DNA from: an uncultured Erysipelotrichaceae bacterium
GTDB lineage: Bacteria > Bacillota_I > Bacilli_A > Erysipelotrichales > Erysipelotrichaceae
Length of the DNA stretch: 32,000 bases
Reading direction: 5' to 3'
Assembly: GCA_942493105.1 (NCBI GenBank)
Contig: OW818668.1
Coordinates: 930,001 to 962,000, forward strand
Below, one piece after another: positions 18,249-25,695 of the stretch. The notes beneath the pieces are model-generated. The model did no database searches, was not told where the DNA came from, and was given only the letters and a program-made list of their open reading frames with translations. Numbering within the stretch: position 1 is the first letter of the stretch; the number at the start of each line of letters is the position of its first letter. A program made the translations under genes and the position numbers.

Positions 18249-18899
18249 ATGCCCCAACCTCTGAATACAAAAAATGTTAATATTGAAGAACCTTTGACGA
18301 TTCATTTTGAATGCGAAAATTGCGGTCATGAGTTTACGCGAGAAGGAAAGATCACTTGTAGTGGAAAAGCACAAAGCAATATTGATGATCAAAATGATCC
18401 TTCTCAACAAGCCCACAATTATGCCTTAGGCAGATTAAGCTTAGCCCATGATCTTTTAGATTCAATGATCTCTGAAGGTATTGTACAAACCAACACAGAT
18501 GAGAAAGACATCACCATCACCATCCATGGAAACAATAAATGTCCCAACTGTGGTTACACTCAAAGAATCATCCCTAAAAAAGTTAATCAAAAGAAAAAGA
18601 AAAAATTTACGACTCAAAGAATGCTGATGTGGACGTGGGGAACCATCTTGCTTACCATGTTTATCTTTACGTATGTTTTCTATACTTACGCTCAACTTAG
18701 AACTTTTTTAAATACCTTTAAACTGGTACCTTTACTTGTTGGGTTACTCTTAGTATTGGTTCCAATTACCTTACTGATGATCAACTACTATTTTAAAGAT
18801 CGAAAGCAAAATAAAAGAGCTAAGAATAGACTTAAAGAGGAAGCTTTACCTACCCCAAAGATGCCTGCAGTAACATTTGGTCAGCAAAAGACATTCTAG
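18249..18899 (+). CDS. Zinc-ribbon membrane protein, unknown function
   Basis: CENCG ... CPNCG cysteine pairs, a poly-Lys tract (KKVNQKKKKK), two C-terminal hydrophobic helices, and a gaaagg SD. Confidence 0.55.
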   Translation: MPQPLNTKNVNIEEPLTIHFECENCGHEFTREGKITCSGKAQSNIDDQNDPSQQAHNYALGRLSLAHDLLDSMISEGIVQTNTDEKDITITIHGNNKCPNCGYTQRIIPKKVNQKKKKKFTTQRMLMWTWGTILLTMFIFTYVFYTYAQLRTFLNTFKLVPLLVGLLLVLVPITLLMINYYFKDRKQNKRAKNRLKEEALPTPKMPAVTFGQQKTF

Positions 18900-18924
18900 C
18901 TAATTAGCTAATCACGATTATAGA

Positions 18925-18956
18925 AACGTAACTCAAGATCGAGTTATGTTTTTTTT
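18925..18956 (+). terminator. Rho-independent terminator
   Basis: cgtaactc-aagatc-gagttatg followed by tttttttt. Confidence 0.65.
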
Positions 18957-19017
18957 GTGATATAGGAATATCTGGTAGTAATTTCTTGTATAGAATCCGC
19001 ATAAGATATTTTAACAA

Positions 19018-19039
19018 ATGATACCATATGTAGTATCAT
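19018..19039. promoter_or_regulatory. Palindrome upstream of hicB-like gene (candidate autoregulatory operator)
   Basis: atgatac-catatgta-gtatcat is a 7-bp inverted repeat about 35 nt upstream of the ATG, next to the -10-like tataag. Confidence 0.35.
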
Positions 19040-19073
19040 ATAAGTATGTCAACTATAAATAAAGGAGAAGAAA

Positions 19074-19421
19074 ATGAACAAATATAAGATGATCGTTTAT
19101 ACAATGAAACAAGGTGACTCCGAGGAATATGTTGCGGAGTATCCTGCTTTAAAAGGGGTTGCTGGAGTTGGATCAAGTCCATTTGAAGCAATCGAAAATT
19201 TAATGGAAAGTGCTGAGGTCAATGTTGCAGCGCTAATTGAAGCAGGTCTTCTTGTTCCAGAAAGTGATTCACAAACAAGAAATGAATACAGCGGCAAACT
19301 ATCTGTACGATTATCAAGTAAGTTACATAGGATGGTTGCGGAGCTTTCGAAACAAGAAGGTGTTAGTATCAATCAATGTATTGTTGAAGCTGTTTCAATG
19401 TATGTAGGCAAGGTATATTAG
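19074..19421 (+). CDS. hicB: HicB-family antitoxin-like protein (HicB fold + C-terminal ribbon-helix-helix)
   Basis: YVAEYPALKGVAGVGSSPFEAIENL is a HicB-type N-terminal domain. GKLSVRLSSKLHRMVAELSKQEGVSINQCIVEAV is an RHH/Arc-like DNA-binding tail. Strong SD. Confidence 0.7.
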   Translation: MNKYKMIVYTMKQGDSEEYVAEYPALKGVAGVGSSPFEAIENLMESAEVNVAALIEAGLLVPESDSQTRNEYSGKLSVRLSSKLHRMVAELSKQEGVSINQCIVEAVSMYVGKVY

Positions 19422-19426
19422 TAGAA

Positions 19427-20311
19427 CTAAATTCCCAACTCATTGAATGTTAAAGACTCTGATATGCGGGTATAGATCCTTTTTTCATGAGTAGATTCAT
19501 GAGAACTGAACTCATAGATGCCGATGAAACGGTATAACCTTCTCCCCAAAACATCTTTACTTCGTGCAAAGGTGATTCGCAAATAATTATCTTGTCTTTC
19601 AAGCCCTTCCATTTCATTTGGATCCAGGCGATACTCTAAGATTTTGTTTCGATTATCAGCTAAAACATTAAGCCAACCATGGCTACCCTGTGATCGCAAC
19701 TCACCTTCTACAGTAGTTGCTAAATTTGGACACCAAATCCAATATTTTCCATTTAATTTGAAATATCCAGATTGTCTTTTAAAACGTACAAGACCAAATC
19801 CATTCGCAATCTCTTCGATGCGTCTAAAACGAATCTCATCTGAAACAGATAAATTTCTCTTCGTTTGTAATAATGTCGATGGGTTTTGATCAAAGTTCCA
19901 TGCTGGAACTTTTGACAGTTGAATAATTGCTTTTAGTTCCGAAACAACAGAATTGATCTGCTGATCTACGTTTTCAAAACTTTGATCCAAATCAATTCTT
20001 CTTAATATAAATTGTTTGGGTTCATCAAGGATTTCGATACTGGTTTGTATATCAAGCTGTCGGATCATATCCAAAGTGATTGTTGTCTTGTGATGAGGTT
20101 CATCGACTTCTAACCCAAAATTGATTTGAGGAAAATACATATCTAGGAGTGCGTAACTACCATTGGTGCGCTTGATGTATTGTTGAGTAACAGGCTTGAT
20201 ATCTAGGTTTCCTAATCTCTGCCAAATCGCATTGACGACATAATTCTCATAGTCTTTCTTTTTAGTTCTAGATAACGTTTTGATTAAGTAGTCGAGTTTT
20301 AGATCAATCAT
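19427..20311 (-). CDS. PvuRts1I/AbaSI-like modification-dependent (5hmC-type) restriction endonuclease, tentative
   Basis: 294 aa. The N-terminal block LLDMYFPQINFGLEVDEPHH (Asp ... E-x-D-E-x-H-H) and the C-terminal RRLYRFIGIYEF match my recollection of this family, which has a Vsr-like nuclease domain plus an SRA-like reader domain and is about 290-320 aa. Not verified by search. Confidence 0.5.
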   Translation of the reverse strand: MIDLKLDYLIKTLSRTKKKDYENYVVNAIWQRLGNLDIKPVTQQYIKRTNGSYALLDMYFPQINFGLEVDEPHHKTTITLDMIRQLDIQTSIEILDEPKQFILRRIDLDQSFENVDQQINSVVSELKAIIQLSKVPAWNFDQNPSTLLQTKRNLSVSDEIRFRRIEEIANGFGLVRFKRQSGYFKLNGKYWIWCPNLATTVEGELRSQGSHGWLNVLADNRNKILEYRLDPNEMEGLERQDNYLRITFARSKDVLGRRLYRFIGIYEFSSHESTHEKRIYTRISESLTFNELGI

Positions 20312-20340
20312 GGGTGTTTATCATAATTTCGTTTGTTTCA

Positions 20341-21726
20341 TTATAGTAATTCAAACCCTGCAGTAAAGTGTCTTAAGGATTGTATAGGTCCTTCATAGGT
20401 CAGCTTAAGACCCTTATAGGAGTCTCTGTTGGCGTAAATATCTCTTAAGGCATTGGCAATACAATCCATATGGTTATTGGTGTATACGCGTCTGGAAATG
20501 GCGATACGCATGGTTTCTAGTTCTGGCCAAACAGCTTCACCTGTCACAGGATCTTTGGATCCAAAAGCACAGGCACCTAACTCTACACAACGAATTCCAG
20601 CGAGTTCATATAAGGCAACAACCAATCTTTGAGAAGGGAATTCACTTTGTGGAATATGTGGGAAGAAACGTCTTCCATCGACATAAACTCCGTGTCCTCC
20701 AGTAGGTTCAATAATGGGGACACCCGCTTCTTTAAGTTTATTTCCCAGGTATTCAACTTGTTTGATTCGATACTCAAGATAATCATAATCACAGACTTCT
20801 TTTAAACCAACCGCCAATGCATCTAAGTCTCTGCCAGCCAAGCCGCCATAGGTAATGAAGCCTTCATGGACGATGGCAAGCTGATTGGCCATTTGAAAGA
20901 TGTTGAGTTTACGGGTTAAGAATAAACCACCTATATTGACTAAACCATCTTTCTTCGCACTCATCACGGCTGTTTCACAGTAAGATAAGGTTTCTAGAAT
21001 AATGCTTTGAATAGAAGCATCCTTGAACTCTGCTTCTCTGGTTTTGATGAAGTAAGCATTCTCTGCGATACGAGCAATATCCATACACATTGGGATCTCA
21101 TATTTTTGTGCCAAGGCTGCTGTTTCACGAATGTTTTTCATGGATACAGGTTGACCGCCATTGTTGTTGCAAGTGATTGTCAGCATGATCAAGCCAATGT
21201 TTTCTTTACCTTTGTCTAGAATAAAAGCTTCACAAGCTTTGATGTCTAGGTTACCTTTAAAGGCTTGTGGAGCACTGGAAGCATCTTTACCTGCTTCTAT
21301 GACTAAATCTGCTACTTGTGCACCTAAGACTTCCGCATTGCCTCTAAAGGTATCAAAATGCATATTGCCTATGGCAATCTGTCCAGGTTTACAATAGATC
21401 TTCGCAATCAAATAATCGGCAGCTCTGCCTTGATGAACCGGTTGAACATAAGGCATATCAAAGACTTCATGAACACTCTTCTCAAGTCTGAAGTAACTGT
21501 CACAACTGGCATAGGATTCATCACCCATCATCAAGGCTGCCCATTGATTCTTACTCATGGCGGAAGTACCGCTGTCGGTCAAGCAATCAATATAGACATT
21601 TTCAGCTTTGACTTTAAAGACATTGTATCCGGCTTCTTTAAGCCAGGCTCGTCTTTGATCAATGGTTGTCTTTTTGACGTGTTCAATCATTTTTATACGG
21701 AATGGTTCTGCGGTTTGATAGTTCAT
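20341..21726 (-). CDS. tnaA: Tryptophanase (PLP-dependent beta-eliminating lyase; a tyrosine phenol-lyase alternative is not excluded)
   Basis: Full-length collinearity with E. coli TnaA blocks: EPFRIKMIEHVKKTT, LTDSGT, AENAYFIK.REAE.KD, the PLP-lysine motif MSAKKD, and PHIP..FP.Q.L...LY..AGIR.VE.G. The ATG at 21726 (MNYQTAEPF...) follows a ggag SD; the track ORF starts at TTG 21744. Confidence 0.8.
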   Translation of the reverse strand: MNYQTAEPFRIKMIEHVKKTTIDQRRAWLKEAGYNVFKVKAENVYIDCLTDSGTSAMSKNQWAALMMGDESYASCDSYFRLEKSVHEVFDMPYVQPVHQGRAADYLIAKIYCKPGQIAIGNMHFDTFRGNAEVLGAQVADLVIEAGKDASSAPQAFKGNLDIKACEAFILDKGKENIGLIMLTITCNNNGGQPVSMKNIRETAALAQKYEIPMCMDIARIAENAYFIKTREAEFKDASIQSIILETLSYCETAVMSAKKDGLVNIGGLFLTRKLNIFQMANQLAIVHEGFITYGGLAGRDLDALAVGLKEVCDYDYLEYRIKQVEYLGNKLKEAGVPIIEPTGGHGVYVDGRRFFPHIPQSEFPSQRLVVALYELAGIRCVELGACAFGSKDPVTGEAVWPELETMRIAISRRVYTNNHMDCIANALRDIYANRDSYKGLKLTYEGPIQSLRHFTAGFELL

Positions 21727-21850
21727 ATGTGCTCCAGGGGTCAACTTAAGACCTGTTTACTTCCAATATTTAAGTACTATGCTACTAAGTTATGACAATA
21801 AATGAAGTTGGGCTGAAGTAGTTTAATAAGTTATAGCCTTTTACTTTATC

Positions 21851-22096
21851 TTAGAGTGATAATAAACCAAGTTCTTTAAGTGCTCCTTCTAAAACGATCA
21901 TGGTGAATTTTGTTGGAAGTCAGTTCATTTCAATCATTTCAAATCAACTTGAGGATGTCCAGCAAAAAAACCACTGGGATTCAAATATACTTTATCTACT
22001 ATAAAAGCATCGACTCGTGTTGAACATTGTGTAAAGAGTCTAGCTAAAGTATCTTGCATAGCGAGCGGTTGCCATACAGTACGGGTTCTTACTCAT
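21851..22096 (-). pseudogene. Decayed 5' portion of an acyltransferase-like gene (NeuD/PglD-type N-terminus, tentative), belonging to repeat copy A
   Basis: From the ATG at 22096 it reads MSKN then frameshifts: 1 nt is missing relative to copy B, and TAG sits where B has TAT. Piecing frames together gives ...KTVLYGNRSLCKIL*LDSLHN...VDKVYLNPSGFFAGHPQVD(L)FEMIEMN.LPTKFTMIVLEG. No frame is open. Confidence 0.45.
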
Positions 22097-22147
22097 AAGA
22101 GCTTCCTCTCCAACTTTGGAGATCCTTGTTGATTTTATTATAACTGA
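21985..22147 (-). repeat. Cassette-boundary repeat, copy A
   Basis: The core 22030-22147 (tgtaaagagtc...ccttgttgattttatt.taactga) is near-identical to 25744-25862 and 29174-29290. About 45 nt further left is shared with copy B only. Confidence 0.9.
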
Positions 22148-22269
22148 TAGGGTTAGTAGTTCTAACATTGTTTAATATAAACAAGGAATAATAATGAATT
22201 TAAGTGAAGATTCATGAGGATTTGAAATGGTGTTTTAAGTGGTTTCTTTGAAGACTAAGCATTGATTGT

Positions 22270-22297
22270 AAAAAAGGACTGTTACACGTAACAGTCC
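22270..22297 (-). terminator. Minus-strand rho-independent terminator with no annotated gene upstream
   Basis: On the minus strand it reads ggactgttacgtgtaacagtcc followed by tttttt. There is no T-run on the plus-strand side. Confidence 0.6.
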
Positions 22298-22817
22298 GGA
22301 TTATAGTAGTCTTTCACATTAAGTACTTACCTGGATTTGATGGCTCTTTTGTGGAAATTATAACGATATACATACTACCCCAGTGTCACTTTGACTGAGA
22401 TATCCTTTTTAACAAGTTTATCGACATAGGTTTATAAGAATCACAACGAAGTTTAAAAGATGTTCTATAGCGATTTTGGGATAAGGATGGAACTTGGCTA
22501 TAGGAGATGTTGTCCCATGTACTGGCACATTTAGCAGGTCATATCAATGTCAATTCAGCCTCTACAAATAGACCATTACGATTGTATAAAAACCTTGACT
22601 CTATAATATAGAAGACTTAGAATTAAAGACAGGCGAAAGCTATATTTCTATACCAATAATGGTTTGTTACTCATTGGTTAGGTGGCTTCAATTGGAATTT
22701 TTAGATTTTGATAATTTTGCGTTCATGAGTGATTTTGGTTTTGGTTTTAAAACGCATATATTTAGAAAATATACATGAGTCGGTAACTATGTTTAACAAC
22801 TAAAAAGGGTGGGAAAA

Positions 22818-23603
22818 ATGCCATATTGTCAAAATTGTGGAAAGTCAGTATCAGGAAACGCAAAGTTTTGCATTGATTGTGGTGTCACTTTAAACCTAAC
22901 AGAAGATAACGCAACTAGAAAACAAGAATTTGTGGGAAAAATATCAAAATGTCCTTCTTGTGGTGCGGGAATACCAAGTTTTACAGCGATGTGTCCGGTC
23001 TGTGGACATGAGATCAATTCTGCTCGTGTAACATCATCTATTAAGGATTTTGCAGAAAAGATGATTCAATGTGACTTAGAAATTGCTAATAGCCCTGTCA
23101 AACTTAAAAAAGGATGGAGCTCGTGGGGAAAATGGGGAAAAATCGGATGGGTTTTTCTTAACATTTCCACATTTGGAGGACCTGTAATTATTCCTTACAT
23201 ATTCAAATCATTTGGTGTTGGTGGGATTCCTACATTGACTGCAGCAGAAATGAAAAAGCTTACAATGATAGATAACTTTGCTTTCCCAAATGATCGAGAG
23301 AGTATTCTTGAAGCGCTTTTATTTATCAAATCTCAAGTATCATCACTTTCGTCTGGAAAAGTTGATCGAAGTACACAACGATGGATAGGAATCTGGAAAA
23401 ACAAAGCAGACCAGCTTTTTCAAAAAGCAGACATCATGTTTAAGGGTGACAAGATTGCTATAGATGCATATGATGTCATTGTTGAAATAGAGAAGAAAGT
23501 TAAAAAATCGCTTGGCAAAAAAAGAATTATAGGAATTGTCCTAATAATTATATTCGTCATTATAATACTTTCATACTATGCTACAAGAGAACCTTCAGTT
23601 TAA
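22818..23603 (+). CDS. Double zinc-ribbon membrane protein (YdjG-like architecture)
   Basis: MPYCQNCGKSVSGNAKFCIDCG and KCPSCGAGIPSFTAMCPVCGHEI are two CxxC...CxxC ribbons. Hydrophobic segments are GWVFLNISTFGGPVIIPYIF and the C-terminal IIGIVLIIIFVIIILSYY. The ATG at 22818 follows aagggtggg; the track ORF starts at GTG 22809. Confidence 0.65.
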   Translation: MPYCQNCGKSVSGNAKFCIDCGVTLNLTEDNATRKQEFVGKISKCPSCGAGIPSFTAMCPVCGHEINSARVTSSIKDFAEKMIQCDLEIANSPVKLKKGWSSWGKWGKIGWVFLNISTFGGPVIIPYIFKSFGVGGIPTLTAAEMKKLTMIDNFAFPNDRESILEALLFIKSQVSSLSSGKVDRSTQRWIGIWKNKADQLFQKADIMFKGDKIAIDAYDVIVEIEKKVKKSLGKKRIIGIVLIIIFVIIILSYYATREPSV

Positions 23604-23731
23604 TTCACATCAACAAACGATTGAAATCCATCATTGATGTGAGGCTTGAATAAGGTTAAAAAGCTGAACTTATTTTTGGGACAACATAAGTTTTAACAGG
23701 TAGAAATACCAGTGAAAAGGGAGGTCTAAAT

Positions 23732-25096
23732 ATGGGATTATTTGGTAAACAGAAGGCAGGTGGATTTATGGATGAAATTCGATGTGATGAACCCTCATAC
23801 TTGATTTGGAAATGGCATCCAACCGGTTCTCAACAAGGATCAAATAATAGAGAGAATGCAATAAGGTGGGGTTCTAGTCTACGTGTAAAAGATGGAGAAG
23901 CGGCTGTGTTTGTATATAATCAGAAAGATGATACGATGCAAGATTTCATCGTAGGTCCGCATGATCAGATACTGAAGACAGACAATCTACCGATCTTGGC
24001 CAGTATTGTAGGGTTGGCTTATAAGGGCGGTACTCCGTTTCAAGCTGAAGTCTATTTCATTAACTTAGCAAAAGTGATTCAAGTTCCGTTTGCGGTTCCT
24101 TTCTTTGATTTATATGACCCAAGATTCTTGGACTTTGGAATACCAACCGCTGTAAGAGGAAGAATAACATTTAATATTGCAAACTACAGAGAATTTATTA
24201 AACTACACAGACTTTCCAATTTTGACTTAAATTCATTCCAGATTCAAATACGTGATGCTGTCGCAAGATATGTTAAGGGCATTGTTACAAATGCACCATC
24301 AGAAAACAATATTCCCGTTGTACAGATCGAGCGTGAAATTCTAAAAATTAATGAGTTAGTTGAAGAAAATATTAAAGAACGATTTGAAAGAGACTTTGGT
24401 GTGAATATTACTTCTGTGGATATTACCGCTATTGAAGTAGATAAATCTAGTGTTGGTTATCATCAGTTAAAGAGTGTGACACAAGATGTTGCCTCAGCAA
24501 CTGTAAAAGCCCAAGCAGAAGTAAACATTAAGAATCTGCACGATACACAAAGAATTAATGCCGTGAATTTAGAAGAAACGATGCGTATTCAAAGAGAAGA
24601 AGCACAATATGCTCAAAGAAAGCAGTCAGAAACCTCCAATTTTGCAGCTTATCAACTTGAAAAACAAGTAGAGTTTGGTATTGCTGGTGCGGATGCATTG
24701 GGTCAGATGGGCGCAAATGGTGCCACTGAAATATCTGGCGGTGGAGGAATGAACCCGGTAGGTTTGATGACTGGAATGGCAATGGGCGGAGCTATAGGTC
24801 AAAATATGGCAGGTATGATGAATAATATGATGGGCGGAGCAAAACAAGCAGATCCTGAACTGACACCACCTCCTGTTATTGCTTCTGTGTATTATGTCGC
24901 TGTTAATGGTCAAGCAACCGGTCCATATGATATCCGTACGTTAGCTCAGATGGCAACAGTCGGGACATTTTTAAAGACAAGTTTGGTATGGAAACAAGGA
25001 ATGACAAATTGGATTTCTGCAGACACTGTCCAAGAGTTGCAATTGGTCTTTGGCAGTGAACCTTCCTCTATACCTCCAGTTCCACCAACGATTTAA
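23732..25096 (+). CDS. SPFH/Band-7 (YdjI-like, virion-core-protein-like) protein with Gly/Met-rich linker and C-terminal GYF_2 (DUF4339) domain
   Basis: The N-terminus MGLFGK...FMDEIRCDEPSYLIWKWHP and the following ~270 aa resemble B. subtilis YdjI-type SPFH proteins. The low-complexity linker is GGGGMNPVGLMTGMAMGGAIGQNMAGMMNNMMGG. The C-terminal VYYVAVNGQATGPYDIRTLAQMATVGTFLKTSLVWKQGMTNWISADTVQEL is a GYF_2 pattern. Strong SD (aagggagg). Confidence 0.7.
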   Translation: MGLFGKQKAGGFMDEIRCDEPSYLIWKWHPTGSQQGSNNRENAIRWGSSLRVKDGEAAVFVYNQKDDTMQDFIVGPHDQILKTDNLPILASIVGLAYKGGTPFQAEVYFINLAKVIQVPFAVPFFDLYDPRFLDFGIPTAVRGRITFNIANYREFIKLHRLSNFDLNSFQIQIRDAVARYVKGIVTNAPSENNIPVVQIEREILKINELVEENIKERFERDFGVNITSVDITAIEVDKSSVGYHQLKSVTQDVASATVKAQAEVNIKNLHDTQRINAVNLEETMRIQREEAQYAQRKQSETSNFAAYQLEKQVEFGIAGADALGQMGANGATEISGGGGMNPVGLMTGMAMGGAIGQNMAGMMNNMMGGAKQADPELTPPPVIASVYYVAVNGQATGPYDIRTLAQMATVGTFLKTSLVWKQGMTNWISADTVQELQLVFGSEPSSIPPVPPTI

Positions 25097-25109
25097 AGGA
25101 GTCGTTACA

Positions 25110-25460
25110 ATGAGCGATAATAATTTCTACTCAATGGATAAACTTATTGAATTTGGTATGAGTATTTCGATTGCCAGCCAAATGGCACAGTCAATGAATC
25201 GAACGATAAACCAAATGACTATTCCAGGCTCATCTAATGCTATGCTTACTCAAATAGAAACAGTTTATTATGCTGTGATAAATGGTAAGCAAGCAGGACC
25301 TTATTCATTAACTGAGTTGTCAAGATTGATTAAAGATAAGATCATTTTAAAGGAAACTTATATCTGGAAACCTGGCATGGTTCAATGGGATCTTGTAGAA
25401 AATGTTGATGTGTTATTAAGACTTGTGGCAGTAACTCCACCACCGATACCTAACCTTTAG
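25110..25460 (+). CDS. Small GYF_2 (DUF4339) domain protein
   Basis: The ATG at 25110 (MSDNNFYSM...) follows an aaaggag SD, 13 nt after the previous stop. The C-terminal VYYAVINGKQAGPYSLTELSRLIKDKIILKETYIWKPGMVQWDLVENV repeats the GYF_2 pattern. The track ORF begins further upstream, at 25050. Confidence 0.65.
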   Translation: MSDNNFYSMDKLIEFGMSISIASQMAQSMNRTINQMTIPGSSNAMLTQIETVYYAVINGKQAGPYSLTELSRLIKDKIILKETYIWKPGMVQWDLVENVDVLLRLVAVTPPPIPNL

Positions 25461-25474
25461 TAGGTGTTTGAAAC

Positions 25475-25503
25475 AACCTGCAACACTTTATTGCAGGTTT
25501 TTT
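25475..25503 (+). terminator. Rho-independent terminator closing cassette 1
   Basis: aacctgcaa-cacttta-ttgcaggtt followed by ttttt. Confidence 0.75.
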
Positions 25504-25695
25504 GTAGTCGCAATCAAGCATTTCTGTCTAAAAATAAACTAAAAACGATAAATTTACTGAGAAGTTTGCATAACGTTATATTTCATCAAATCATTTTTAA
25601 TGAATTTTCTCGATGATACCCACATTTGAATAGGTCGACTTTTTTATCGTCACAATGTGAAAGTTGTATGTGTAAAAATAAAAGACTATTCCACC

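Noticed and set aside
18900-19073. Search for a hicA toxin gene next to hicB
   Set aside because: There is no ORF of HicA size (about 55-80 aa) with an SD on either side. Only the promoter/palindrome region is present.
19097-19889. ORFs 19097-19372 (-) and 19644-19889 (+) overlapping hicB and the endonuclease gene
   Set aside because: Each is fully nested antisense in a better-supported gene and has no SD or motif.
21007-21795. Three plus-strand ORFs (70, 78 and 145 aa) lying inside or antisense to the tryptophanase gene
   Set aside because: They lie entirely within a full-length, motif-rich minus-strand gene, have no SD and give low-complexity translations. These are shadow ORFs.
24555-24913. 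Minus-strand ORFs of 75 and 95 aa antisense to the SPFH-GYF gene
   Set aside because: They are antisense to the Gly/Met-rich linker of a well-supported gene. The His/Ser/Cys-rich translation is typical of reverse-frame artefacts.
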